Sequence record: MH051917
Direction: 5' to 3' (one strand)
Origin: Enterobacteria phage vB_EcoM_IME341
DNA: 64,000 bases
Both the position numbers and the translations under genes were made by a program. Of this stretch, positions 10,005 to 19,212 are shown in pieces; position 1 is the stretch's first letter; each line of letters opens with the position of its first letter. The notes under the pieces are model-generated. The model was given only the letters and a program-made list of their open reading frames with translations, ran no database searches and was not told the origin of the DNA.

Positions 10005-10166
10005 ATGGCTAAGAAAGAAGTTAAAGTAGTTGACGGTACCTCTAAACGCGCTGGTTACAAGCGTGCGTCCAACAAGCGTATCGATCAGGTAGTTGATAAG
10101 CTTCAAGCTCGTGCTCGTGCGGTATTGCGTGCAGATGCTGCTTGCTTTGGTAAGCCTCAGGCATAA
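10005..10166 (+). CDS. Small basic protein (53 aa), not in the ORF track
   Basis: ATG with AAGAG Shine-Dalgarno; MAKKEVKVVDGTSKRAGYKRASNKRIDQVVDKLQARARAVLRADAACFGKPQA; followed directly by a terminator hairpin. Confidence 0.45.
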   Translation: MAKKEVKVVDGTSKRAGYKRASNKRIDQVVDKLQARARAVLRADAACFGKPQA

Positions 10167-10171
10167 GTTAT

Positions 10172-10199
10172 GGGACTCTTCGGAGTCCCATTTTTGTTT
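10172..10199 (+). terminator. Rho-independent terminator
   Basis: GGGACTC-TTCG-GAGTCCC hairpin followed by ATTTTTGTTT. Confidence 0.75.
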
Positions 10200-10216
10200 C
10201 TAAATCTTTAAAAAAG

Positions 10217-10292
10217 GGTGTACATCTCCGGTAGGCATGATACTATAGACCTGTACCAAATAATACGAAAACAAACTGGAGAATAAAATGAA
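10217..10292 (+). promoter_or_regulatory. Early promoter plus 49-nt leader, copy 1
   Basis: GTGTAC-N17-TACTAT, then a leader identical to the one at 10687-10735. Confidence 0.55.
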
Positions 10293-10656
10293 AATCAATC
10301 TTAACTCATATATCAAATGTAAAGACCACGACGGTTACAAAGCAATCGAAACTAAAGAAATGCAATGGCGCTTGTACAAAGAACAATTTGAATTTGTAGG
10401 TTGCATGACTCCGGAAGGTCCTTCTGATGACTTCTCTTGGAAAATTATGGTAACAAACTTTTTTACCGGTGATACCTACGAACTGAAAACTATCGTAATC
10501 GGTAAGATTCGTTGTAAGACCTATGAAGATGAAGAAACCGGTTATTCTGAAGATGTTACATGGTACCAAAACGGTCGCACCACTGCTGATGATTTGATTG
10601 AAAAAATGAAAGCCAAAGGTGAATTAAATTTAGATAATTGGATTAAAGTTGCATAA
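10288..10656 (+). CDS. Hypothetical protein (30.x-region)
   Basis: 122-aa ORF preceded by a 49-nt promoter/leader that is repeated exactly upstream of the next gene; GGAG Shine-Dalgarno. Confidence 0.6.
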   Translation: MKINLNSYIKCKDHDGYKAIETKEMQWRLYKEQFEFVGCMTPEGPSDDFSWKIMVTNFFTGDTYELKTIVIGKIRCKTYEDEETGYSEDVTWYQNGRTTADDLIEKMKAKGELNLDNWIKVA

Positions 10657-10670
10657 AACAGTTTACTTTG

Positions 10671-10735
10671 GTACAGGTTGTGTTATTATAGACCTGTACC
10701 AAATAATACGAAAACAAACTGGAGAATAAAATGAA
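10671..10735 (+). promoter_or_regulatory. Early promoter plus 49-nt leader, copy 2
   Basis: GTTTAC-N17-TATTAT, then a leader identical to the one at 10244-10292. Confidence 0.6.
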
Positions 10736-11096
10736 CTACAACAACTTCGAACGTAAATATGTTTCTAACGGTATCCCAGGTTCTTCTGAAGTTATTTGCC
10801 TGTGGAAACACAACAACGGCACGGTGTGCGAAATCGAACAGTGCATGACTCCTAACTACGTTTATATGCGCTTTGAAAATGGTATTACGGTTTCAATCAC
10901 AATGGAAGGTTCTACTTTTAAAATCGCTTTAGATGACGATTTCCGTCAACGTGATTTAGGTACCCATCCTTGCTGGAACGGTGTTAATCGTAAGCTTCTG
11001 GTTAAAACCTGGATTCGTCACATCCTGAGCAACCGAGCTAAACCTGAACACCTAGAAGCAATCTTTGATGTAGTTCTGAACGAATTCGATATCTAA
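10731..11096 (+). CDS. Hypothetical protein (30.x-region)
   Basis: 121-aa ORF behind the second copy of the 49-nt leader. Confidence 0.6.
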   Translation: MNYNNFERKYVSNGIPGSSEVICLWKHNNGTVCEIEQCMTPNYVYMRFENGITVSITMEGSTFKIALDDDFRQRDLGTHPCWNGVNRKLLVKTWIRHILSNRAKPEHLEAIFDVVLNEFDI

Positions 11097-11137
11097 TCTT
11101 AAAAATGGAGGCTTCGGCCTCCTTTGAGGAAAATATT

Positions 11138-11425
11138 ATGTTTATGACCACTTATTTTGATACTCGTAAAAATTTCTGTGAAGTTGTTTTCTCTAAAGCA
11201 GGTAAAGATGTTCCTGCCGACAAACAACCTACTCGTGAATCTATTAAGGCTTATGCCGATGTTGTATGCCCGGTAGAATTCCGTACTGTTAATGGTCGTG
11301 ATACCCTAGCAATCACTAAGCTCAACCGTGATATCAATATCGACCCAAGTGTCGCCCGTGAAGTCAATACCTCTGACATCTATGGCGGTAATGTTAAATC
11401 GCACGGCTTTCAGATGAGGTTCTAA
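11138..11425 (+). CDS. Hypothetical protein
   Basis: Start moved to the internal ATG behind GAGGAAA; the track start at 11105 would translate a GGAGGC-TTCG-GCCTCC hairpin. Confidence 0.5.
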   Translation: MFMTTYFDTRKNFCEVVFSKAGKDVPADKQPTRESIKAYADVVCPVEFRTVNGRDTLAITKLNRDINIDPSVAREVNTSDIYGGNVKSHGFQMRF

Positions 11426-11619
11426 TGCAATTATTCTTATCACAAACTGTTCAGCTAAAAGGAGTGGGTATTCCTGGAATGATTTCTAAGGTTTTGCCTG
11501 CTTTTAAATTCGGTGGTATTGTAATTAAAGAAGCCTATATGGTCCTATGGGTCGATGGAACTGAAGACGTTCGCATGGGCGGTGAACTGTCTGTAATCAA
11601 ATGTTTAAAGCGAGGATAA
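11425..11619 (+). CDS. Hypothetical protein
   Basis: 64-aa ORF; TAATG overlap with the upstream gene. Confidence 0.45.
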   Translation: MQLFLSQTVQLKGVGIPGMISKVLPAFKFGGIVIKEAYMVLWVDGTEDVRMGGELSVIKCLKRG

Positions 11620-11620
11620 T

Positions 11621-11836
11621 ATGTTTAAGAAATTGATTCAGAAATTATTAGGTACGGAAATGGTCGAAGTGACTTATCGTGTGACTGATGTTTCTCCTCA
11701 TACGGCAGACCATTTAGAACCTTATATCACGACAATTAAAATGCCGAAATATGACGGTGGGTTATCCATTGAAGACCGTCTGCCGGGTTACGGGCACTGG
11801 GCTGATGTCGAAATTATAAGTGTCAAAGATGTCTGA
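11621..11836 (+). CDS. Hypothetical protein
   Basis: 71-aa ORF with GAGG Shine-Dalgarno. Confidence 0.5.
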   Translation: MFKKLIQKLLGTEMVEVTYRVTDVSPHTADHLEPYITTIKMPKYDGGLSIEDRLPGYGHWADVEIISVKDV

Positions 11837-12287
11837 GTTAGAAATCAGAAGTAATTTCCCGTGGCCATCATGCGCATTAAGTAACTTTGCTAAATGGCCT
11901 TTCGTTATGGATGGTATCCAATTTGGTGGACTCGAAGGATTCCTCCAAGGATGTAAGGTGAAAAATCATGAACAGCAAAAACGTATATTCAGAATGTCAG
12001 GCCTGGACGCACAAAAAGCTGGACGAACTTATGCTAGAGCTCAGGACCGTGGGACGCTGTTCTGGCTTGGAACTCCCATTTCAAGATACTCTACAGCATG
12101 GAAAGAGTTGTACGAAAATGCTTATTTTGAAGCAGCGATCCAAAACCCAGGATTTCGCGATGCGTTACAATCCACAAAAGGTAGGGTTTTAAAGCATTCG
12201 ATGGCAAGCCACCTTACAGAATGTGATACAATACTAACTGAAAAAGAGTTTATCGACATCCTAAACAAATTGAGAGATTTATTATGA
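11829..12287 (+). CDS. NADAR/YbiA-like (DUF1768) domain protein, T4 30.3-like
   Basis: About 152 aa from the first ATG (track start at 11820 is GTG); motif pattern ...SNFPWPSCALSNF..W.F...GIQFGGLEGFLQGCK... resembles NADAR-family proteins. Family call from memory only. Confidence 0.5.
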   Translation: MSELEIRSNFPWPSCALSNFAKWPFVMDGIQFGGLEGFLQGCKVKNHEQQKRIFRMSGLDAQKAGRTYARAQDRGTLFWLGTPISRYSTAWKELYENAYFEAAIQNPGFRDALQSTKGRVLKHSMASHLTECDTILTEKEFIDILNKLRDLL

Positions 12288-12922
12288 AACCAGTTATCTT
12301 AACAGATATCGATGGAGTATGTTTAAGTTGGCAGTCTGGCTTGCCTTATTTCGCACAGAAATATAATTTGCCTTTAGAACATATTTTGAATATGATTCAG
12401 GACGAACGTTTCTTATCTCCTGGTGAGCTGTTTAATTGTGATAATGAATTAGGCGCTCGTTTAATCGAGAAATATAATCAGTCGGATTTTATTCGTTATC
12501 TGTCTCCTTACATGGACGCATTAAAACATATCAACAAGCTCAAAAAAGACTTCGATTTTGTAGCCGTGACTGCGCTAGGCGACTCAATTGATGCACTGCT
12601 GAATAGACAATTCAATTTGAATGCTTTGTTCCCTGGCGCATTCAAGGAGATTCTGATGTGTGGTCATTCAGAATCAAAAGAAGACCTCTTCATAAGAGCT
12701 AAAAATACGTACGGTAAACGTATTAAGTTTTATGTTGATGATTTGGCTCACCACTGTGATGCCGCATCTAATGTTCTCATGGATATCCAAGTTTATTGGT
12801 TAGCTCGTGGTGAACGTGATTTTAAACCTAATTTAGCCGTAAAGGTTAATTCATGGGACGATATCGCAGCAATCGAATCCCTTCGTAATAATGCCGCAGT
12901 TGAATGGATTGCTCGAGGTTAA
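12284..12922 (+). CDS. HAD-superfamily hydrolase-like protein (putative nucleotidase/phosphatase)
   Basis: 212 aa; N-terminal HAD motif I (VILTDIDGV) and C-terminal Asp-rich motif (FYVDDLAHH); ATGA overlap with the upstream gene. Confidence 0.55.
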   Translation: MKPVILTDIDGVCLSWQSGLPYFAQKYNLPLEHILNMIQDERFLSPGELFNCDNELGARLIEKYNQSDFIRYLSPYMDALKHINKLKKDFDFVAVTALGDSIDALLNRQFNLNALFPGAFKEILMCGHSESKEDLFIRAKNTYGKRIKFYVDDLAHHCDAASNVLMDIQVYWLARGERDFKPNLAVKVNSWDDIAAIESLRNNAAVEWIARG

Positions 12923-12923
12923 T

Positions 12924-13202
12924 ATGTTTGTAGTTCATACAATTTCAGACTATGGTCCTACCACTACAATGGATTATGGTCATGTAAACCAGTTTATTCG
13001 TCATGTGAATCATGATTACTCATTTGATGTAAATCCGGCTAAAGACCATCCTGTTTGGCGCGAATGCGTCGAACAGGGATTCATTTATGTCCATTTTATG
13101 TCCAAGTTCAAATCTGATGGGCGAATGAGATTTGTGTTCTCTTATCATAAGCGATTAGACTTGCTTTTGGCTGATGTGGCTTATAATAGAATCCATGACT
13201 AA
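12924..13202 (+). CDS. Hypothetical protein
   Basis: Internal ATG (MFVVHTISDY...) with GAGGT Shine-Dalgarno just after the HAD gene stop; the track ORF 12891..13202 overlaps the upstream gene. Confidence 0.45.
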   Translation: MFVVHTISDYGPTTTMDYGHVNQFIRHVNHDYSFDVNPAKDHPVWRECVEQGFIYVHFMSKFKSDGRMRFVFSYHKRLDLLLADVAYNRIHD

Positions 13203-13212
13203 TGAGGTGATT

Positions 13213-14718
13213 ATGATTTTAGATATCTTAAACGAAATTGCTGCTATTGATTCTACTAAAGCTAAAGAAGCCATTATTGCTCGTGAAAAGGACAATGAGC
13301 TTCTGAAACGTGTTTATCGTATGGCTTATACCCGTCGTTTGAACTATGGTATTAAAAAGTGGCCAGAACCTGGATTTACGTCTCAATCCTTTGGTATGAT
13401 TACTCTTGAAGACCTTCTTGATTTCGCAGAGTTCACATTAGCCACTCGTAAGATTACGGGTAATGCGGCTATTGAAGAACTGGCTCAAATCATTGCTGAT
13501 GCTAAGGCCCCGGATGCCGAGGTATTACGTCGTGTAATGATGCGTGACCTTGAATGCGGTGCATCGATTTCTATTGCTAACAAGGTTTGGAAAGGTTTAA
13601 TCCCTGAACAACCTCAAATGTTAGCTAGTTCTTATGATGAAGATTTGATTAAGAAAAATATTAAATGGCCAGCATTTGCTCAATTAAAAGCTGACGGTGC
13701 TCGTTGTTTTGCCGAAGTTCGTAACGATGGTGTGACATTCCTTACTCGTGGTGGTAATGAATATCAAGGGCTTAATCTTTTGGCTGCTGAATTAATGGCC
13801 ATGACCGAAGAAGCTCGACAACGCCATCCTAATGGTGTTATGATTGACGGCGAATTAGTTTACCACACTCCTAAAGTAGAACCTAAAGCATCTAATGATT
13901 TGTTTAGTATGTTTGATGAGGAACTTCCTGAATTAAGTAAGGCTAAGGAATTCCAAACTGTCGCCGATCGTTCCACGTCAAACGGCTTGGCTAACAAGGC
14001 TCTTCAAGGGACTATTACTCCAGCCGAAGCCGATGGTATGGTATTACAGGCATGGGACTTTGTTCCACTGGATGAAGTTTATTCTGAAGGCAAAATTAAA
14101 GGCCAAAAATACGATGTTCGTTTAGCGGCATTAGTACAAATGGCTGAAGGCTTTACACGTGTCGAGCCTATCGAAACGCAATGGGTTAATAATCTTGAAG
14201 AAGCTAAAGTCGTTTATAAAAAATATGTCGACCAAGGTCTGGAAGGCATTATCCTTAAGAACATGGACTCCTACTGGGAAAACCGCCGTTCTAAGAATCT
14301 TATCAAGTTCAAAGAAGTAATCGATATCGCTTTAGAAGTGGTAGGTTATTATGAACACTCGAAGGACCCTAACAAACTAGGCGGTGTCGAGTTGGTATCA
14401 CGTTGTCGTCGAATTACAAGTGACTGTGGTTCAGGCTTTAAAGATACTACCCATAAGAAAGATAAATCAGGTAAAAAGGTATTGATTCCATTGGAAGACC
14501 GCCCTGATTTAGACCGTGAACTTCTTATGAAGCAAGCTCGTGAAGGTAAGTTGATTGGACGTATTGCTGACTGTGAATGTAATGGTTGGGTTCATTCTAA
14601 AGGACGTACAGATACTGTAGGTATTTTCCTTCCAATCATTAAAGGTTGGCGTTTCGATAAAACAGAAGCTGATACATTTGAAGATGTATTCGGTGATTGG
14701 TCTCAAACTGGACTATAA
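13213..14718 (+). CDS. 30: ATP-dependent DNA ligase (gene 30)
   Basis: Matches T4 DNA ligase from MILDILNEIAAIDSTK...; adenylation motif region AFAQLKADGARCFAEVR; C-terminal ...CECNGW...KTEADTFEDVFGDW. Start placed at the Met behind GAGGTG, not the track's upstream Met. Confidence 0.95.
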   Translation: MILDILNEIAAIDSTKAKEAIIAREKDNELLKRVYRMAYTRRLNYGIKKWPEPGFTSQSFGMITLEDLLDFAEFTLATRKITGNAAIEELAQIIADAKAPDAEVLRRVMMRDLECGASISIANKVWKGLIPEQPQMLASSYDEDLIKKNIKWPAFAQLKADGARCFAEVRNDGVTFLTRGGNEYQGLNLLAAELMAMTEEARQRHPNGVMIDGELVYHTPKVEPKASNDLFSMFDEELPELSKAKEFQTVADRSTSNGLANKALQGTITPAEADGMVLQAWDFVPLDEVYSEGKIKGQKYDVRLAALVQMAEGFTRVEPIETQWVNNLEEAKVVYKKYVDQGLEGIILKNMDSYWENRRSKNLIKFKEVIDIALEVVGYYEHSKDPNKLGGVELVSRCRRITSDCGSGFKDTTHKKDKSGKKVLIPLEDRPDLDRELLMKQAREGKLIGRIADCECNGWVHSKGRTDTVGIFLPIIKGWRFDKTEADTFEDVFGDWSQTGL

Positions 14719-14719
14719 T

Positions 14720-14893
14720 ATGAAAGCTTATTTAGAAACAATTGTAATATCACATACTACGGCTGCCCCAGCCGTTTCTCAAACCATTTTAGAATTCATA
14801 GATGAAGCCGCATATAATAAATTTATTGAGGTCTTTGATGGCTATGAAAAAGGCCCGACATTCGAAGTATACCGTACGTTGCTACCACTTTAA
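14720..14893 (+). CDS. Hypothetical small protein
   Basis: ATG one nt after the ligase stop; 57 aa; followed by a GC hairpin. Confidence 0.4.
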   Translation: MKAYLETIVISHTTAAPAVSQTILEFIDEAAYNKFIEVFDGYEKGPTFEVYRTLLPL

Positions 14894-14910
14894 GGCCTTC
14901 GGGCCTTTTC
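14892..14910 (+). terminator. Hairpin / weak terminator upstream of alt
   Basis: AAGGCC-TTCG-GGCCTT followed by TTCTGG; a CATAAATA late-promoter-like box follows. Confidence 0.45.
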
Positions 14911-14943
14911 TGGCATAAATAAGGTTATTAAAGAGGAATTATT

Positions 14944-17028
14944 ATGACCGAACAATTAAATGAAGTGTTTGAGTCCGAAGGCACACTGCCTACAGTAAAC
15001 TTGAACCCTAAACTTAAAGTACCACAGATTTGGAAGATTGGAGACGTAGAGTCTCAATTAGTGGCGCGTATTGTGTCCTACGCTTCTGAAGGCGATGCCA
15101 TTAAACAAGTTAAATTGGGTGACAAATATGCCCACGTTATCCTTATGAGCCTTTCGGCTAAAGGTTCTCCTGCTGAACTTAAAGGCGGCTTAGGCCCTAC
15201 TCCTATTGATGCCATTAATACCATTTTCGACGTAGTATTCGAACAAGTTAAAAAGCTTCGTATGGATGCCGTGATGTTCCGTTTCCCTACCAAGAAAATG
15301 AAAGGACAAGGCCCTATTGTCCAGAGAATTATCCAACGTTTAGTAACTCAAAAAACCGGCGGGCGTTTCAAAGTAGTTCCAGCTATGTACCAATTTACGG
15401 GCAAGCATACTTATATCTTAGTAGTTCGTAAACAAGCTGATATCGAAGATATCAAAGGTATGCCAGGAATTAATGCCGAATTATATACTAAGGTAGATTC
15501 TGATGTCGGTGAAGTTTATATTTCTAAAAAAGAAGGCGTGCAGGTTACTAAAGAAACTGCTATTGCCGGCAGTATTGCTAAAGTTGAAGAACGTCGCACT
15601 GATAAAATGGTTATAACTAAGACTAAGATTTCTCGTCGTGCCATTGCAGCAAGTCAATCGTTAGAATCTTATCGTAATGAAAGTGAACTGTTTAAGAAAT
15701 ATGAAGCAAATGCTGTAGATTTTAATAAACCGGCGACAGCTCCATTAATCCCTGAGGCCCAGGAAATGGTCACTAATAACAATTCTCCTGCGGCTAAAAA
15801 TAAGGTTGCTAATATAGTAGCTGAAGGTACTGCCGAAGAGTTGCATTATGATTATAAAATGTTTCCTCTTCACGGTATAGGTGAAATCCAAGAGAAAATT
15901 AAAGAGAAAATCCTGTCAGCCATCAAAAACGAACCTTTGACATCTGTTAAAGCTCTAGAAAAATACGCCTCTGTTATTAATACCGTTTTCGAAGAATACA
16001 AAGGCGAATGGTTGGCCCAGCATAACAAAACTCGTAAAGGCCAACCTGACGACCTCTGGAATGAATTGACCGAGTCCAAGTGGAAAGCAGCCAAGACCAA
16101 ATTCATTAAAAAACGCGTATATAGTTTTGCTGGTGTAGGTGGCGGTATTATGGTCGATATTACTATTGCTCGTGAGGGCTCTAAATATACCCCATCACAA
16201 AAGCGCGGCATCAGAGAATATTGCGGTTCAGGATATACAGATATCAATAATCTTCTTTTAGGACGCTATAATCCTCATAACTATGATGTAATGAACGAAA
16301 AATCTATTGAATCTGCAGTTAATAATTTGGATTCTGCTTTTGAAAATGGTGACCGTATACCGGAAGGCATTACAGTTTATCGTGCACAGAGTATGACTGC
16401 TCCTATATACGAAGCACTAGTTAAAAATAAAGTGTTCTATTTTAGAAATTTTGTATCTACTTCTTTAACTCCTATCATTTTTGGACGATTTGGTGTTACA
16501 CACGCCGGTATCGGTCTTTTAGAACCGGAAGTTCGCGATGAATTGACGGTCGATAAAAATGAAGAAGGAATAACTATTAACCCTAATGAAATAAGAGCGT
16601 ATAAAGAAAATCCTGATTACGTTAAAGTTCAAATAGGATGGGCGATTGACGGTGCTCATAAAGTTAATGTGGTATATCCAGGAAGTCTCGGAATAGCAAC
16701 TGAAGCTGAAGTCATTTTACCTCGTGGGTTAATGGTCAAAGTTAATAAAATAACAGATGCTTCTAATAATGACGGAACAACATCTAATAATACAAAACTC
16801 ATCCAAGCCGAAGTTATGACGACAGATGAGCTTCAAGAATCTGTGGTGTATGATGGTGACGTACTAATGGAAACCGGCGAGTTGGTCGTATATCAAGATG
16901 ATTTCGATACTTCCGAAAGCCCTGTATCTTTTGATTCATTTGTTAAATCTACACGGTTTGATGTACTGCCTCTTTTGGCTTCATGCATAGACCTCTATGA
17001 CATCCCAGAAAAATTCATCCAAGGGTAA
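14944..17028 (+). CDS. alt: Alt ADP-ribosyltransferase (head-packaged, modifies host RNA polymerase in T4)
   Basis: 694 aa; strong similarity to T4 Alt across the whole length, including ART-type motifs YRAQSM / FRNFVSTSL / EAEVILPRG and C-terminal ...YDGDVLMETGELV. Confidence 0.9.
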   Translation: MTEQLNEVFESEGTLPTVNLNPKLKVPQIWKIGDVESQLVARIVSYASEGDAIKQVKLGDKYAHVILMSLSAKGSPAELKGGLGPTPIDAINTIFDVVFEQVKKLRMDAVMFRFPTKKMKGQGPIVQRIIQRLVTQKTGGRFKVVPAMYQFTGKHTYILVVRKQADIEDIKGMPGINAELYTKVDSDVGEVYISKKEGVQVTKETAIAGSIAKVEERRTDKMVITKTKISRRAIAASQSLESYRNESELFKKYEANAVDFNKPATAPLIPEAQEMVTNNNSPAAKNKVANIVAEGTAEELHYDYKMFPLHGIGEIQEKIKEKILSAIKNEPLTSVKALEKYASVINTVFEEYKGEWLAQHNKTRKGQPDDLWNELTESKWKAAKTKFIKKRVYSFAGVGGGIMVDITIAREGSKYTPSQKRGIREYCGSGYTDINNLLLGRYNPHNYDVMNEKSIESAVNNLDSAFENGDRIPEGITVYRAQSMTAPIYEALVKNKVFYFRNFVSTSLTPIIFGRFGVTHAGIGLLEPEVRDELTVDKNEEGITINPNEIRAYKENPDYVKVQIGWAIDGAHKVNVVYPGSLGIATEAEVILPRGLMVKVNKITDASNNDGTTSNNTKLIQAEVMTTDELQESVVYDGDVLMETGELVVYQDDFDTSESPVSFDSFVKSTRFDVLPLLASCIDLYDIPEKFIQG

Positions 17029-17031
17029 ATA

Positions 17032-19155
17032 ATGGAAAATTTAAACGAGGTTTTTGATAGTGATTCCGCTAAAAACTATCCAGTAACAAATCTTAAACCG
17101 GGTTCCGGTATCCCACAGATTTTCTCTATCCATGCACCAGGTAATGATAACCTGGTGGCTCGTATGGTATCTTATGCGTCTCAAGGAGACGCTATTAAAA
17201 TGGTTAAGCCAGGCGACAAATACATTCATGTTATTCTAATGAGTTTGTCAAGCAAGGGTGCTCCGGCTGAACTTAAGGGTGGCCTTGGTTCTGACCCACT
17301 TGGTACACTGAATACCATTTTCGATACTGTATACGAACAAGTAAACAAACTTAAAATGGATGCAGTTTTATTCCGTTTCCCTACCAAGAAAATGAAAGGT
17401 AAGGGTCCTACTGTTCAGCGCGTATTGGCACGTTTGGCGATGGCTCGTACCGGTGGTAAGTTTAAAGTTGTTGACAACATGTTCCAATTCAGTGGAAAAC
17501 ATACCTACGTTCTTTTAGTACGTCGTGGTTCTAATATCGAAGATATCAAAGGCATGCCTGAAATTGATGCTGACCTTTATACCAAAGTCGATTCTAAAGT
17601 CGGCGAAGTGTATGTTTCTAAGAAAACCGGCCAGGCCGTAAGTAAGGTCGAAGCCGTAGCGGCATCTATTGCACAGGTTGAAGAGAAACGTACCGATAAG
17701 GCTGTCATTACTCGTACTAAGATTTCACGACGTATGGCCGCAGCCGCGCAGTATTCTACTGCTGAGCCTGAAACTTTGCCCCCTAAAGAATTGCAGGTTT
17801 ATAACGAATTTGAAGCTTCTGTACCGGTTCACACTGCCGAAGGCCCTGAGAACGAAGGTATTGAACAGATTAGTCAGAACTTTAAAAAAGGTGCTATTAC
17901 CAAAATGCGCCAGGCTTCTCAGTTTAAATCTAAGAGCGAGGACCTTGCCAACTTTAGATACACCATTGCTCTCACACATGCTTTAATGACTGATAGTAAA
18001 TTTAAACTAAATTATGCTAATAGAGATAAACAAGGGTTTGAAATTTACTCTAAAAATATGGCATTTTTTAATACAGAAGTCGATAGACTTTTAAGCGGCC
18101 TTTCGCAAATCAATACAACTAATAGTCTGGATATTATTAAGAGAATTGTTAATAACCTGAGTGCCCGTTTTAATGGTTCCCCTTCAGAGAAAGCATCTCG
18201 AATTGCTTTCGCTATGGAAGCCGTTTATAAACTGATTAACGATTCTATTGGTGATGCATATGCTTATTCAGGCGAACTCATTAAACCTAAGGACCTAACC
18301 AAAGACGAAAGCAATGCTATTATTGAATATTGCGCAGCTGAATATGCTCCTATGAACTTATTCCTTTTAGGTAAACCTGAATCCGAAAACAATACAACGG
18401 CTATTAGATTGATTAAGGATTTAGACTCGGCATTTACTAAGGGTATTAAACTTCCTAAGGGTACTATTTTGTATCGTGGTCAGGATTTGCCATACAAAAT
18501 TCTGCGTCATAATATCGATAACAAAACATTTTACTTTAAGAACTTTGTGTCCGCCTCACTAAAGCCTAACATCTTTGGTGAATTCGGTAAAAATTATATG
18601 GCCCTCGACAACCAAGCCGTTTTTGTTGGTGGTGAAGGTTCTTTATCCTCCGCTGATGAGTTGTTTAAATTGGCTAGTGGTAGTTCATCTGATGTGGGTG
18701 AAGTCGATGACGAAGAGGTAGAATGGGAAGAAGACGAGTTTGGTAATCCAATTGCCCCTGAAGGTCCTGCGGATAGAATTGCTGAAATAGGCATGGTTAT
18801 TCGAGGTGCTGAAGCAGTTAAAGTTATCGCTCCTGGTGACCTTACAGAATACGCTGAAGAAGCAGAAATCATCCTTCCGCGAGGATTATTGATGAAGGTT
18901 GATAAAGTAGCGGCTTTTGCTATGAATGATAGGGTATCTCACAAATATCTTATGGAAGCTACTGTGATGTCTCCTTCAGAGCTCAGTGAATCTGTTTACG
19001 ATGGTGACCATCTAATGGAAACCGGTGAAGTTCGTCCGATGGATGGCTTTAAACAGTTCTTGGTTAGTGAATCTGTTTCTGAAAGCAACGAGGCTATGGA
19101 AATCTTAGCAGCATCTTTGGATATCTCTTCTCTACCAAATAAATTCAAAATGTAG
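17032..19155 (+). CDS. Alt-like ADP-ribosyltransferase paralogue
   Basis: 707 aa; N-terminal 230 aa collinear with Alt (MENLNEVFDSD...MSLSSKGAPAELKGGLG...); retains R / S-x-S / E-x-E motifs (YRGQDL, FKNFVSASL, EAEIILPRG); diverged middle region plus an acidic insertion (DVGEVDDEEVEWEEDEF). Confidence 0.85.
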   Translation: MENLNEVFDSDSAKNYPVTNLKPGSGIPQIFSIHAPGNDNLVARMVSYASQGDAIKMVKPGDKYIHVILMSLSSKGAPAELKGGLGSDPLGTLNTIFDTVYEQVNKLKMDAVLFRFPTKKMKGKGPTVQRVLARLAMARTGGKFKVVDNMFQFSGKHTYVLLVRRGSNIEDIKGMPEIDADLYTKVDSKVGEVYVSKKTGQAVSKVEAVAASIAQVEEKRTDKAVITRTKISRRMAAAAQYSTAEPETLPPKELQVYNEFEASVPVHTAEGPENEGIEQISQNFKKGAITKMRQASQFKSKSEDLANFRYTIALTHALMTDSKFKLNYANRDKQGFEIYSKNMAFFNTEVDRLLSGLSQINTTNSLDIIKRIVNNLSARFNGSPSEKASRIAFAMEAVYKLINDSIGDAYAYSGELIKPKDLTKDESNAIIEYCAAEYAPMNLFLLGKPESENNTTAIRLIKDLDSAFTKGIKLPKGTILYRGQDLPYKILRHNIDNKTFYFKNFVSASLKPNIFGEFGKNYMALDNQAVFVGGEGSLSSADELFKLASGSSSDVGEVDDEEVEWEEDEFGNPIAPEGPADRIAEIGMVIRGAEAVKVIAPGDLTEYAEEAEIILPRGLLMKVDKVAAFAMNDRVSHKYLMEATVMSPSELSESVYDGDHLMETGEVRPMDGFKQFLVSESVSESNEAMEILAASLDISSLPNKFKM

Positions 19156-19185
19156 TTTACAACACCACAAGGATGTGGTACTATT
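19155..19185 (+). promoter_or_regulatory. Early promoter-like element
   Basis: GTTTAC-N19-TACTAT followed by a CATGAGGAG leader before ORF 19213. Confidence 0.5.
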
Positions 19186-19212
19186 ACCTTACACAAACAT
19201 GAGGAGAACATT

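Larger units (their letters stand above)
10244..10735. repeat. 49-bp perfect direct repeat (10244-10292 and 10687-10735) spanning promoter -10, leader and start codon
   Basis: TATAGACCTGTACCAAATAATACGAAAACAAACTGGAGAATAAAATGAA occurs twice, 443 bp apart. Confidence 0.85.

Noticed and set aside
13174-13212. Thirteen-codon N-terminal extension of DNA ligase in the track ORF
   Set aside because: T4 ligase begins MIL(K/D)ILNEIA and the internal ATG has a GAGGTG Shine-Dalgarno; the extension overlaps the upstream gene.
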